From assembly GCA_964019335.1 (NCBI GenBank), contig OZ025675.1, positions 124,001 through 188,000 on the forward strand: DNA of 64,000 nt, given 5' to 3'. This DNA comes from Diplonema japonicum. Taxonomy: Eukaryota; Protista; Euglenozoa: Diplonemea. The position numbers and the translations under genes were made by a program. This document shows positions 1 through 11,662 of the stretch, one piece after another. Below the pieces are notes generated by a model. The model was not told the DNA's origin. It worked only from the letters and a program-made list of their open reading frames with translations, and did not search any database. Each line of letters opens with the position of its first letter. Within the stretch, counting starts at the first letter, position 1.

Positions 1-593
1 CCCGCCCGACATGCAAATCTTCTTTTTGGTTCAAAAGATATATACGCCGCCTGGCGTACGAGCAACCTGATTGAGAATTCTTAAAAAATTCTTCGCTGCC
101 CGTTCAGCAAACCCCATAAATAAAAGGGAAGAGTTCTTTTAAGGTAGACGTATATCGGTTATAGGCCGTCAACGTGCAGCCATGAATAAACAATGACAAA
201 TAGGTTGGCGATACCACAGACTAAATAAAGGGAGCCAAAACCCCGGATAACTAATTATGGATACATTTTTCTTTTTTGTTCTTTTTTTTCTTCTTTCTTG
301 TTAAAGGAACGACGAGAGCTTTCCTACGTGTCTGCCATTTCTTACTTTTTTTTCTGTTTTTTTTTTTCGTTCATATGAGCTCGTCCGGAAAAGAAAAGAA
401 AAAAAGAAAAAAAAAGTCCATACTCCAAAATCTTCTTGTTGCACTCGCCGTTCTTTGGCAGACAGGGGGGCGTCTCCTTGGCTAAAAGCCTCTGACCAAC
501 AGAAACTAAGAAAAAGAAAAGAAAATGCGAAAATCTGTTTGAACCGCATTACTTGGATAGCAACTACAGTACATCAGTTTTGTAAGAGGGGGG

Positions 594-1150
594 GGCTATG
601 CTGGCATGGAAACGCGTTTCCATGCATTTTTTGAAAAAAAGGGAAACGGATACGGAAACGGAAACGTTAAGGAAGCCGTTTCCATAAGAATTTTGAAAAG
701 TATGGAAACGGAAACGGCTTTTGCCATTTTTCAGTTTTTCGCTAAGCCCTTAAAAAACTCTAACCACCCCAAAAGTGCCCACAAATCGTTCAAACCCCCG
801 TTTCCCCATCTGGGGCCCCCATTTGGTACAAATCAAGTGTAATCCTCTATAACGTTATAAAGGGATTAATAGGATTACACTAGATTTGGAACCAAACGGG
901 GCCCCAGAAATTAGAACATAATCATGGGCACTTTTGGGGTGGTTAGAGTCTTTTTAAGGGCTCAAAAAGCCCTTTAGCGAAAAATGGCAAAAAATGACCC
1001 CTTAAGACCCCCCCCCCCCCCCCCCCCCCCCAGGGCTATGTTGGCAAGAAACGGGAAACGTTTCCGTATCCGTTTCCTTATTTTTCAGATACTTAAAAGG
1101 AAACGCGTTTCCTTCTTAGAGGAAACCTGTTCCCTTCTTAAGGAAACGTT
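594..1150. mobile_element. Nested MITE cluster: GGGCTATG(C/T)TGGCA-ended MITE pieces (~594-716, ~1033-1150), a palindromic element (~720-1000) and an inner inverted-repeat element (~811-906)
   Basis: 594-716 is the reverse complement of the right part of 55458-55638; 1033 onward matches its left end. 720-1000 resembles the palindrome at 55138-55432. Inner IR: GGGGCCCC..TTTGGT.CAAATC.AGTGTAATCCT / AGGATTACACT.GATTTG.AACCAAA..GGGGCCCC. Confidence 0.7.
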
Positions 1151-1367
1151 TCCGCTTATTTTCAAAAAAAAGGGGGGGGTCCGGCACGTACAAACAACGG
1201 CCAGTTCCTCTTTTTATGATCCTGGGCACTTCTGGGCCGAAAACCATGGGGGAAGGGGGGGGGGGGGGAAGAAAACCTTTGTACCAAGCAAAAAAAAAGT
1301 TAAAACCCTAGCGCGTTGTAAAGAGGAACCGGACTGTTGTTTGTACATGCCGGTTAAAAGCTTTTAA

Positions 1368-3288
1368 CCCATAAAGGACAGGAGCTGAATATTCAGCTAA
1401 AGAAAAACTTTTAAATTCTGCTAAGGCATTTTTAGTGCTCTGCATGCCCACTCTTTAAAGAGGGGCCTTATTGCGCGACTTTTTTTATACTGAATGCTAT
1501 ATCGCCCGTAAATTTTTGCATCCAAACTGCAAGGGGAGAAAAAAAATAGTGGCACAGACATTGTTTTTTTACACCCCATAAGGAGTAGTGCCGAAAGCAC
1601 TTCTGAAGAAGGGCCAGTGTCACCGGATGATGGGGATATCCCGGATATGGAATGGGATGACAAAATCGAGAAGGTGGGGAGGAACATATTTCGCAAGGTG
1701 CCAGGTCCAAGTGTACCAGTAGTGGTTCTCAACGGGCTGGAGGTTTTTCCTTTGTTTTTGATAGGGTGGCCCTCCAGCAAGGGGCTTGTCCTGTACTTTG
1801 AGTTGTTTTTCACTCCTGCGGCTCTAAAAGGCTATCGTGGGGTGGGCAGCAAGCCATTCGAGTGGTATAGAGGCCTTTGGATACTTACAGGGCTCATAAT
1901 CAAGACAGATATCAAGGTCTACTGGGCATAGGATGAACTCACAGATACCCCATATTCACAATATTTCAGAACGGTAATGGAAAGAAACAGGCTCCTAAAA
2001 ATAATGCGCTAAATGCGGTTTGGGTTGCCCCCTGGTGGAGGAGAAGGAGACAGAATGGCTAACGGGCGCAATCTTATAAATCTTGTGGTTCCTTCTTGGT
2101 CATCCCTGCTGTGGATGAACCATCATACGCTGTAGAAGCCGTGTCGGGTTCATTGTTTATGAGCCGAAGAAGAGGAAGCGTTATGGGTTCAAAATGCAAA
2201 TCAGACACCGGTTACACTCTAAACATGATTGTTTGTACCGGCGCGGGCACCCGGGGGAAAGAGGCAGAGCTGCTCACCGAATATCAGCACCAGAATTACT
2301 GGATTGTCTTTGACAACTGCTTTCGCTTGTCCCATTGTTGATACGGATTTACAATGCGGATTTCCACTGCATGGGGACCATCAGGAAAACCCGGAAATTG
2401 CTCCCAGAATACCCATTCAGTGTCAGCAAGTGTGTGGCAAAGAAATCTTGTCAAACAACATCATCGCAAAAGGGTGGCACCCACATCAAGTGTTCCCCGC
2501 CGGAGCCGAAGATACCTACCCCTCAGGTTCACCTTCACGTACCAAGGGTGCACCTTCAATGTGTCCTGAAAAGATGCAAAAGGCACGGAATGGACTGTGC
2601 AACAAATTAGAGAAAAAACGCATCCAGCCATGTTCTCGTGCAGAGATTGCAACGTAGCAATGTGCCCTGTGCCCTGTTTCGAATTTTTTCACATTAACGA
2701 CACCATAAAAAACCACCTGAGAACCTCTTGAAAACTACTTGAAATAGAAATACTGTAAAACGAAAAACTCCCGGACGGAAAAATGTCCGAGTTTTTTTGG
2801 CGTCCGGGAATTTTTCCGTCCGGGAGTTTTTCCGTCCGGGAATTTTTTTTAGGTAAGGCCGTCAGGGGGCCTGGTACCTACATACTGGCCTGGGCTGCAA
2901 ACGGCAACCGCGCGAAGAAACCCCCAGGGTTCCCTTTCTGCATCTTTGTCCTCCCTTGCTGCCCCTGAGGCAATCAGCTTGTCGAGCCTTCGTGTGGCCT
3001 ACTACCTTTCTTAATAGATGCTTCTTCCCAGAAAAACTCCCGGACGGAAAAATGCCCGGGTTTTTTTGGTGTCCGGGAGTTTTTCTGTCCGAGAATTTTT
3101 CCGTCCGACATTATTCGTTTTACAGTACGTTTAAATTGGACAAGTCGCATATCTGCGGCTTCGCGCTCCAGAAATGGGGTAGTGAAAAGGTACACACCCT
3201 CTAACTCCACCCTCGCCATTTTATTTTGGTATTTGAACGAAAAGTTCACAATCGACTTTTTAGACGAAAAATAGCGGTCCTTTATGGG
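1368..3288 (+). mobile_element. Decayed piggyBac DNA transposon
   Basis: TTAA at 1364-1367 and 3289-3292 flank a perfect 12-bp TIR CCCATAAAGGAC/GTCCTTTATGGG. Broken frames carry piggyBac transposase motifs (GLWILTGLIIKTDIKVYW, DTGYTLNMIVCTG, VFDNCF, GTIRKTRKLLP) and a C-terminal Cys-rich domain (FSCRDCNVAMCPVPCFEFFH). Confidence 0.9.
2753..3125. mobile_element. TA-flanked MITE nested in the piggyBac element
   Basis: TA|CTGTAAAACGAA ... TTCGTTTTACAG|TA, with internal arrays of CCGGACGGAAAA / TTTTCCGTCCGG motifs. Confidence 0.8.
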
Positions 3289-4214
3289 TTAAAAAAAAAG
3301 AACTCGATCCATTCTTGTGCTACCGTGGACTGGGGATCCTACACACGCTGGCCGAGGAACCGCCGTTCGGGTAAAACCTGGAAAAAAGTTTGTAAAACCC
3401 GAAACATGTTTTGCCAACGAAAAAGCTTTTCAGTGTCAAGAGTGACACATTTGCGTGTGATAAGGGTGGCTCATGCAACCCGCTCGATTTTACTTCAATC
3501 AGTACACATGTACCAAAAATAGGAAGAAGAATCAGGAAAGAAAATGTTGTGGTAGAAAATAGTACCCACACTCCTACCGGCTGAAACAACTGGGTGCTGA
3601 AGGAAGTAAAACTGAGAGGAGTTAAAATAGTAAAAATATATGAGGTCTTTGTGAGACGCCCCTTGTTCTCATCCACTACCTGTATCTGTTCCATTTATCA
3701 TCAGGCTCCCGCTCGTGCTTCTTCAGCTCCACTCAGGTGGCGCATGAGTGTTTCCTTCCGTTATTTGTTCCCATGAGGTGGGTTGTACGTTTCTAGCATC
3801 TCTTGTCCTGGAGAAGCCGTCTCGTTTTGCCACCAAAAAGGAAGAAGAAAAAAACCGCTGTTGAAGAGGAATAGATGCAGGTAGAGGATGAGAAAAAGGA
3901 AAATAAAAGTAAATTAGAGTATCAGCAATCAGGTGACTAGAGGCCACAAGGCAAGAAAAGCAAAAGAGCATAAGAAATACAGTTTCTGGGGGGGGGTACG
4001 ACATTCAATTTCTTTTCTTGTTAACATTGTTCTTGTTGGGGAAAAAAAAAAAAGAAACAAGGCAACAATGTTGGGGAGGGGAAGGGAGAAACAGAATACA
4101 CGGGAAATATGCGACAGGAACAGATTTCTCGCTGGTATTTCTTTTTTTTTTTTCTTCTTCTTTCTAAGTGAATGACACTATTTTCCTTCTAAAAATATGG
4201 GGAGGGAACAGAAT

Positions 4215-7109
4215 TCATAAAACATCTTTTTCTTCTCTGCTAGGCCGCAGCATTGCGCGGGATTGCGCGCGAAGCTCAGGATACTCTGATATGGTGGAGT
4301 CGAAGGCCCGTACCTTCACCTCATACACATTCAGCCCCAAACCTGTCACAGCAGCCTCCGCATGAAGCTCGAACCGAACACCGTCCATCGCACACAGCTC
4401 CTCAGCCACGCTTCCATACAGGCAGAACACATCATCCTTCACTCCCAATGAGCACAGCGACCCTGCCACATCCACACACCTACCTAAGACTGTCACGAAC
4501 CTCTGCACTCTCCCCCCGACTGTCCCATGCTTCACCTCACTGTTCGACAGCCCGATGTGAAGCTGAACATTTGATTCAGTCACCCTTTGGAGGGTGACGA
4601 CAAAGGAGAGGGAGTTCTCGATGTGTGTGGGGCAGGGACGGGAGGTGTTCCACCCAACAGCAACCCTGCTGCCCTGAACAGATGTAATCAAACCGTGTGA
4701 CCTCTCAGTGCACATCATCACCTTCGCAAGTGTGTCGTTCACAACGAGTGAAGTCTCCGCAGCATTGCACTCATCGGGAAGCCTTATGTCCAGCAGGCCC
4801 ACGCTTGCTGAGGATGACGACAGCACAGGGATTTCATGTGTGCCGCGCTGTGTGGCATCAGAGGGCCTCCTGGACGGATGGGAAAGATGCCTGTCCTCCC
4901 TGCTGAGGAGGAGCTGTGATTCGATGTAAGGTGCCCTGAACGAGAGATTCTCAGGAAGCAAGATTAAGGGATGCAAAGGGTCGGTCACACCCTTCAACTT
5001 CACCTCACCCATCGGTATCACAACAATGCCGGAACCATCATTTACATGCCTCATGACCTCCTCAGTGACAGCAACAGCACCCCCAACACAGGCCCCTTCC
5101 ATCCGAGCCGCCTTGTTCACAGTGTTCCCGAAGTAGTCGTACCTGCCTGTCAAGGTGTTCAGCTGCACATCAACCTCACCAAAGTGAACACCAATCCGAA
5201 CACGAAGCCCACACCAAGGACCGTTCCTGTCCCAAATGCAATGTTCAAGGAGGAGAAGCTCCTGTGGCCACGCTCCCTCCAGAAGCCTTTCCTGAACAGA
5301 CAGGGAAAAAGAGACAGCATCAGAAGGGTCCTCAAAGGCCACCATGAAGGAGTCCCCAATGGTCTTCACCTCGTACCCGTTGTGCTCAGAAAGACACTCC
5401 CGCATCACATTGTTGTGAACCTTTAGACCCTCCCTCATCCCCTCAGGGCAGGCCTCCCATGTTGCCGTCGATCCTTGGATGTCGGTGAAGACAAGGGCCG
5501 CTGTCTTTGTCATGAGACCAGGTACCTCAACCTGTCCTCCTACTTCCTCCTGAAATTCGCTGCTGATCTCTTTGTTCATCAACAAGGCACTTGGAAGGAA
5601 GGCCTTGTACTCCCTCAGACCCTTGATCGCCATGAGTAACCCATCAGTGACACGGGCCACCTCCTTCAGCATCACAGGTTTGTACATCGACTTCATGTGC
5701 GCCTCAGCCCTGTCGAGATCCATCGTCTCCAGATATTGATTCCCAACAACAAGTCTCCCTAGCGGACGGGAGATCAAAGTCACCTCCAACACAGCAATGA
5801 TAAGGTCGACCACGAAGATCACAACAGAGGCGATGATGAGCCGCACCAGTGCCGCGTACACCTTGTCGTTCACAGAGGACACAGTGCGCATCCAGAGAAG
5901 CTCGTACCTGATGACGCTTCCAATTGTGTCGTAGACACTAGTGAGTCGCAAAAAGTACTCCCCGCCGTCCAGCGATGTGTCAACGAAGTAGTCCTTCTTG
6001 TACAATGGGGTGGTCTTGTTCACATCAGAAGCAGCGAAGTACTCCCCGTACCGGATGTGAGTACGCATGTTTGTGGAGGAAAGATCTGCGGTGAAGAAGG
6101 TCCCTCGGGGTCGGACCTTGGAAGCATTCACAGCACTGGACACAGTGGGGCCAAGTTCATTGGGGTGCAGGAGACAATGTTCGCTTTTGGCATCCTCACA
6201 GTTGAAGCATGTCAATAAACACTCAAACTTGATGGCAGCGCCATCATGAATGGTGTGTGCGAAGACGTGATCCGCAGAGGAGTCCAGTACCACCAGCTCG
6301 GTATTTGCTGTTGAAAACTCACGAATGACGGCTATCCAGGGGCGGTACGTGAACCAGTTAACGAGGACGATCTCATACTGGGTGTCACCAGGAGCCCTGG
6401 GGAGGGAGTACCTGAGTTGATACTCTACATACGCATAGGGGGTCCCATCAACCGCATTCCAGAGGTAGGTCGGGGTCCACGTCCCAGTTCTTGGGATAGA
6501 CATCAAATGTTCGGTCACCCAATGTCTGGGGTCCTCTGACCACGAAGCGGAATACACCTCTGGTTCAGGTGTACCCGTCTCGTTGCCAATGGCTGTGGAG
6601 GTCCGCGTCCAGATTACTTGGAGGGTGCTGGAGTTGAGCTTCCCAACGGTCTGAGATCCAAGCCAGTACTTGGCTTCGGAACCGTTGACCTCAAGGACAG
6701 GGTCGTACCAGACGTACTGCCGACCGTAGCCGTCAATGTCCTCCCAAGGGGGGGACCCAAGCTTCGCTATGTGGTACCCTCCTCCGTAGTGGTACTCTGT
6801 CGACCGAAGAGCTGCAAACTTGTGTGCACTATAGGTACGTCTGATGTATTCAAGTCCCAACGAGAGGTTCATCACGTCGCCCCTGCTGAAGAGGAGGAGA
6901 TCTTCAAATGTAGTCTCTACCACGTTGTCTAACATCCCTGCAAGCCGAAGCTTTGCGCTTTTGGACACTGCCGCACTCGTGTCGTCCACAGCAGAGCGAA
7001 GGACCGAGATACTCTCCGCGTACAGTAGATACCCTGCCAGGAGGGAGATGAAGGTGGACACAATCGTTGAGACGAAGATGATCAGCTTCGATGGGACGTG
7101 GAGCGGCAT
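4215..7109 (-). CDS. Receptor-type adenylate cyclase, family A, catalytically complete (A1)
   Basis: 964-aa ORF: N-terminal TM, ~390-aa ectodomain, second TM, class III cyclase with VFTDIQGST, VKTIGDSFM and YDYFGNTVNKAARME (both metal Asp, ATP-specifying Lys/Asp, Asn/Arg), then a degenerate second cyclase domain. Confidence 0.93.
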   Translation of the reverse strand: MPLHVPSKLIIFVSTIVSTFISLLAGYLLYAESISVLRSAVDDTSAAVSKSAKLRLAGMLDNVVETTFEDLLLFSRGDVMNLSLGLEYIRRTYSAHKFAALRSTEYHYGGGYHIAKLGSPPWEDIDGYGRQYVWYDPVLEVNGSEAKYWLGSQTVGKLNSSTLQVIWTRTSTAIGNETGTPEPEVYSASWSEDPRHWVTEHLMSIPRTGTWTPTYLWNAVDGTPYAYVEYQLRYSLPRAPGDTQYEIVLVNWFTYRPWIAVIREFSTANTELVVLDSSADHVFAHTIHDGAAIKFECLLTCFNCEDAKSEHCLLHPNELGPTVSSAVNASKVRPRGTFFTADLSSTNMRTHIRYGEYFAASDVNKTTPLYKKDYFVDTSLDGGEYFLRLTSVYDTIGSVIRYELLWMRTVSSVNDKVYAALVRLIIASVVIFVVDLIIAVLEVTLISRPLGRLVVGNQYLETMDLDRAEAHMKSMYKPVMLKEVARVTDGLLMAIKGLREYKAFLPSALLMNKEISSEFQEEVGGQVEVPGLMTKTAALVFTDIQGSTATWEACPEGMREGLKVHNNVMRECLSEHNGYEVKTIGDSFMVAFEDPSDAVSFSLSVQERLLEGAWPQELLLLEHCIWDRNGPWCGLRVRIGVHFGEVDVQLNTLTGRYDYFGNTVNKAARMEGACVGGAVAVTEEVMRHVNDGSGIVVIPMGEVKLKGVTDPLHPLILLPENLSFRAPYIESQLLLSREDRHLSHPSRRPSDATQRGTHEIPVLSSSSASVGLLDIRLPDECNAAETSLVVNDTLAKVMMCTERSHGLITSVQGSRVAVGWNTSRPCPTHIENSLSFVVTLQRVTESNVQLHIGLSNSEVKHGTVGGRVQRFVTVLGRCVDVAGSLCSLGVKDDVFCLYGSVAEELCAMDGVRFELHAEAAVTGLGLNVYEVKVRAFDSTISEYPELRAQSRAMLRPSREEKDVL

Positions 7110-7995
7110 CCCCCCCCCCCCCCCCCTTCCCTTGATATATGCTTTTGAATAAGGTAATCAATACATAAAAGGTCATGGATGGGAACGTTTTGAGTGCATC
7201 GCACACCAAAAGGGCAATAAAGTAGAACAATTATTGCTCCTGTAGAAAGGTGGGAGAAGAAATGTGTAAAAAAGAAAGGGGGAGGTTGACAATACAGAAT
7301 CCAAGGGCTGTTCTTCTTTCGGTACCCTCCAGGTCTTTGCAGGCTTCTGTAAGCCCACACCTTTCCCCTTAATAAACTGTTTTCTTTCTTTTTTCTTTTT
7401 TTAAAATAGAGGAAACTGAACAAAAGAAACTCAACAAAGTACTGAGTGACCCCTCATATTTCTAAACTGACTCTGCTACTCCCATGGTAGGGCATGCAAC
7501 CATAGGGAGCAGGATCGAGGCACGTAAGAAAAAAGAATCACAAATGGGAGAGAAAAAAAAAAAGGTGTGTCAAGATTATCAGGACGTAGCTTGGACAAGC
7601 AGGGCAACTTATACGCTGGAAACGTTCCCTTTCCTCTCAAAAGGCTTGTTATAGAGACCCTAGGAGCTTGTAACAATTCATTTTAGTATTGCTGTTCTCC
7701 ATAGGGTGGGGTGTTTGTAGGCAAACCAAAGATTTGTTTCCCACACCGCTGCCTGACCCTGCCTAAGGTCATCACGTTCATCCCTAAAGAGAATAGTGAG
7801 GGGTTAGTATCTTTTGGTCCTGCAGAAAACAGCATATTGCCACGCTATTCAAACGCATACCTCTAGAATAATAATGGGAAAAGCGTTCAAAAAAATCAAA
7901 AAAAAAAAGAATCTTAAAAAAGAAATGTAGCTATTTATTCATTAGTGAATTTTATGTCACTGAAAAAAAAGAAAAAAAACCCCATTTCTTTTAGG

Positions 7996-9795
7996 TCACA
8001 CCCACCCTGGCACTGAATGGGGTTGCGGGGGTGCCGAAGGCACCGGAGGTGCCTGTGCGGGCACCCACGGAGTGGGTTGGGGCACCGACGGAGTGGGTTC
8101 GGGCACCCACGGAGTGGCTGCCAGTTCCATCGGTCCCTCATTGTACGAAGCCCTCCTCTCTTTCTCTCTCCTCTTTTCTCCTCTTCTCTTCATTACAAAA
8201 TACCCACCGACTGCAGCAAGTATCAGAACGACTATCACAATTGGAATCACCACTTTTGGTGCCGACCCTCCTGTCTCCCCGCATGAGACCACATCATCAT
8301 AGCTCTTACTAGACTCTGATGAATCTGAAGGAAGCCCAGTGGACGGGTTGAGGTTCTGGCACATCGCGTCTGAAAACGAGAAACCAAAAGACCCGCACTC
8401 CTGCTTGAGTTCTCCAGCGCACTGCGACAGCGGTACAGCAGGGGCAGGGCATTCTTGGCCGACCTTCTTCCGCAAGATCTGCAAGTCACACTGCGACAAT
8501 GATGCAGATGGGCACACCTTGGACCTCGATATAAGTTCGGATGTAACCTGCTGGTACCCTGCGAGAACTGTCAGATCCTCCAGTACCACGTCTATCCCCG
8601 CCACTCCAATGAGAAAAGGTACCGATCCAGACCGGTCGTACGCTCCTATGGCGACAGTAACGAGGGATCCAAGCCCGAAGGCGTCTTCATATACTGTAGT
8701 CCAGCGGGGGCGGGTATCGTGCACACCAGCAGCAAGGTACAGATAATAATTCGTCATATATGTGAGGGGATCGTCCCCATCTGGGATGGCAGCCCACACC
8801 CCTTCATTGTCGCACGACATTTGTTGCGGGACGACGTGGTCAGCGTCTGTCCCCATGGAGTAGGTGAAGATCTTCACGCTTCCGAATATGGGTTTGACCT
8901 CTGCCTGCATGGCCGCGATGCCTTGTAGGATGTTGGAGTCCGTGGCGGCACCGTCCGTTAGAAACAGGATCGAGTGGGAGCACTTCGATGTCAGTTCATT
9001 GGAATGCCCGGACTTGAAGAGGTCGAAGGCTGCGCGAAGACCCTTCAAGAAGTACGTCGCACCAGCGGCAACGATTGTACCCAGCTCGTCTTGGAGCTTC
9101 TTGACGTTCTCCGCTGTTGCTTGAAGAGGGCTACCGGTGTTGACCAACGGCACAGCTTCGTTCGAGAAGACCACGATGCCCACATAATCGTTCAGGGTTA
9201 GTGTGTTGAGGACCTCGTGTGCAGCATTAACGACAGCCTGCAATCGCGACATAGATCCACGGGCACTGTTGTGGGGCCTCGACATAGAGCCAGATACATC
9301 AAGTACCAAGATGATGTCCTTTGGCCCCGAAGCGGCAGTGACGTACCAAGGACGGATCCGGGGGTCGTAGTCAGAGCACTTTCCATTGTCGCGTTCCTGC
9401 GGTATTCCTGGGAACATTCTCAGTGTCCCCGTCCAATGCGAGACGTACTGATAGGCTGTGATGCCGTAGGTGTTCTTGTTTGATTTGAAAGTTGATTCGA
9501 TCTCTTTTGACGAGCAAATGTCGGCCCTTAGCTCTGCGCTGTCGAAGTCGGAGCCTGCAGGGAGCCGCACCACGCTCGACTCAGTACCGCGAATCTTGCC
9601 TTCGGTGCACTCGAAACCATTTGCGGAATCAAACCTTGTCCCGCAAGCAGGGACCGAACAAGGACACTTCCCAACACCGCACCGCGATGAGTAAAGCGCT
9701 TCGTGGTGCGCAGCAAGCTTCTTGAGAGCCGTTTCTTTCTTCGTCACGAGGTCTTCTAAGGCACCACCGAGGCACAGCATTAGTATTAAGATCAT
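7996..9795 (-). CDS. alpha2delta/CACHD1-like type I membrane protein (dCache with inserted VWA domain)
   Basis: ATG at 9795 gives signal peptide MILILMLCLGG. YDPRIRPWYVTAASGPKDIILVLDVSGSM (Cache half plus MIDAS DxSxS), LFLTDG, second Cache half WTTVYEDAFGLG...GVAGIDV, TM helix, Pro-rich tail. Confidence 0.88.
   Translation of the reverse strand: MILILMLCLGGALEDLVTKKETALKKLAAHHEALYSSRCGVGKCPCSVPACGTRFDSANGFECTEGKIRGTESSVVRLPAGSDFDSAELRADICSSKEIESTFKSNKNTYGITAYQYVSHWTGTLRMFPGIPQERDNGKCSDYDPRIRPWYVTAASGPKDIILVLDVSGSMSRPHNSARGSMSRLQAVVNAAHEVLNTLTLNDYVGIVVFSNEAVPLVNTGSPLQATAENVKKLQDELGTIVAAGATYFLKGLRAAFDLFKSGHSNELTSKCSHSILFLTDGAATDSNILQGIAAMQAEVKPIFGSVKIFTYSMGTDADHVVPQQMSCDNEGVWAAIPDGDDPLTYMTNYYLYLAAGVHDTRPRWTTVYEDAFGLGSLVTVAIGAYDRSGSVPFLIGVAGIDVVLEDLTVLAGYQQVTSELISRSKVCPSASLSQCDLQILRKKVGQECPAPAVPLSQCAGELKQECGSFGFSFSDAMCQNLNPSTGLPSDSSESSKSYDDVVSCGETGGSAPKVVIPIVIVVLILAAVGGYFVMKRRGEKRREKERRASYNEGPMELAATPWVPEPTPSVPQPTPWVPAQAPPVPSAPPQPHSVPGWV
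8059..8117. repeat. Coding 21-bp tandem repeat x3 (TPWVPEP / TPSVPQP / TPWVPAQ)
   Basis: gggcacccacggagtgggttg / gggcaccgacggagtgggttc / gggcacccacggagtgg. Confidence 0.85.
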
Positions 9796-10285
9796 TATTT
9801 CTTTTTTTTTTTTTCCTTTAACCTTTGTAGAGATAGTCGGGGGGAGGGGGGCAATCTGAAAATGATAAAAATAAGAAATATATGAGTCGTCCGGCAAGCT
9901 CTTTCTTTTCTTCTTTTTCTTTTCGGGTTTGCCGTTAAAAGTACTAAAGCAGAAAACACATTGTGCCCTGTAGGTTGTCCGTCTGCACACAAAGTACCGG
10001 GCTACTTTTTTACTTAGAAACCCTTCAGACACTTTCAAGGCGAGCTCATATTAAAGGAGGACTGTAGGGGACTTAAAAAAAGTGTCTTAATTCCGCCTGA
10101 GGGAACTGGTCTCCCTTTGTACTACTAGTCGGCTAACAGCACAGTTTTCCATCTCACCGCGCCGCCGGTGAGAGTGCCACCATGGGTCATTACTCTAGGT
10201 TTTGAAATATTGGTACCTTGAAGTAAGCCAGCGACGTCCTTGACCCAGCGGTGTGGCAGTGTTTACTGCAGAGCCCTGAGGCTAG

Positions 10286-10325
10286 AGTGTTGCTGCATAG
10301 GGGTTAACCCCTATGCAGCAACACT
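10286..10325. repeat. Perfect 40-bp palindrome
   Basis: AGTGTTGCTGCATAGGGGTT|AACCCCTATGCAGCAACACT. Confidence 0.9.
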
Positions 10326-10847
10326 GGCCCGACATTTTAAAAGGGGGTTTCATGTCAGGGTGATGATAGTACGACTACTGTTGGGGAGTGCAATGGCTCA
10401 AGGCCGGCCAACACCCTTGCATAATCTTGTCTCAGGTGACGTCACCCACCACCCCAACATGAGGAAAGCACTCGCTAGAGGAGGTGTCGTTACGCACCTA
10501 GACCCGGTAAAAGGTCTTGCTGCCCCTTTTATATTTATATTTATAGAATCAAACATTCTTTCTTAAGGTTTTGCGCTTTCTTTCGCTGTCACCAGTAGTC
10601 CTAAAAGAAAGAATGAAAAGGGAGAGGATTGTTTTTTTTTTTTTTTTATACATATGAACCCTCCCCCCCGTAAAAGAGAAAAAAAAAACAAGAATAAAAA
10701 TAAATTACTGTCGAAAGAATCGACTTGCTTTTTTACTTTCTTTTCTTTCTTTCTCTTTTTTTAAATCTGATTCCGCTTGGCAAGAAAAAGACAAAAAAAG
10801 AAGAAGAAAAAAAAGGGGAGGAGGAAGAAAGAGAGAAAATATTTCTC

Positions 10848-10878
<31 letters not shown>

Positions 10879-10936
10879 TTTTCTTTTGCTTGTACAAGAA
10901 ACTGAGTAGTACTTTGTTAAATACATTAAAAAAAAA

Positions 10937-11260
10937 ATATATGAGTTAAAGGAAGTCGACGAAGTTGTGAGACGCCCCCTTGTTCTCATCTTCTACCTGC
11001 ACCTATCCCCTTTCAGCAGCGGTTTCTCCTCCTTTGGTGGTCTTGCCGGCCTTCTCCCCAGCTCAACGCTGATGCAAATATCGCCCTCCTGTACCATCTG
11101 ATCACCGCCTTTGTCATCCCGGATCGTAGTGTGTGCACCCTAGTGCACAGTTCCGCTGGGAAGGCCCTCCTTCCATTCACCTTCTTCAGTACCCTCCCTA
11201 GCTCCCATGTGTGCCAGATCTTCTTCATCAGTCCATGCAATCTCCTCTCCTACCGTACTT
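10937..11260 (-). mobile_element. 5'-truncated retroelement 3' end (family R1)
   Basis: Homologous to 56498-56880 (MKKIWHTWELGRVLKKVNGRRAFPAELCTRVHTLRS) with the same terminal hairpin sequence; A-runs on both sides on the + strand. Confidence 0.8.
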
Positions 11261-11662
11261 CTGTTCTCTCTAAAAAAATAAAATAAAAAAAAAAAAGGCA
11301 GCCCTTACTTACTGCTTCGGAAGAATAATAAAAAAGGCTCAGGGAGATAAATTGGAGAAAGGCGAACCCAGTCTCACAAAGCAAGCAGGCAGAAAGCAAA
11401 GGAAATAGGAGGAGGAGGGTTGCTTGCACGTGCCGGATAAAACCTGGAGGAGTTTATAAACCCGAAACACGTTGCCAACATTCCCCTTTTGTTTAGACGG
11501 GTCGACGACCCGTTCTTGCAAAAAAGAGAGCGAGAACAGCGAAACCTAACAAAGTAGAGCTTTTTAAAGAAATGTACTCGGTTCTTTATTACAGCATTCG
11601 ATGTCTCTGGTTCTTTCATCCATAGGTTAAAGCATTTCCGCGGGGGGAGTCAAAAAAAAAAA

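Noticed and set aside
9796-10038. N-terminal extensions in the ORF track (also for B1, B3-B6, A3-A5)
   Set aside because: Mostly non-ATG starts running through low-complexity spacer. Paralogue alignment or a signal peptide points to the downstream ATG.
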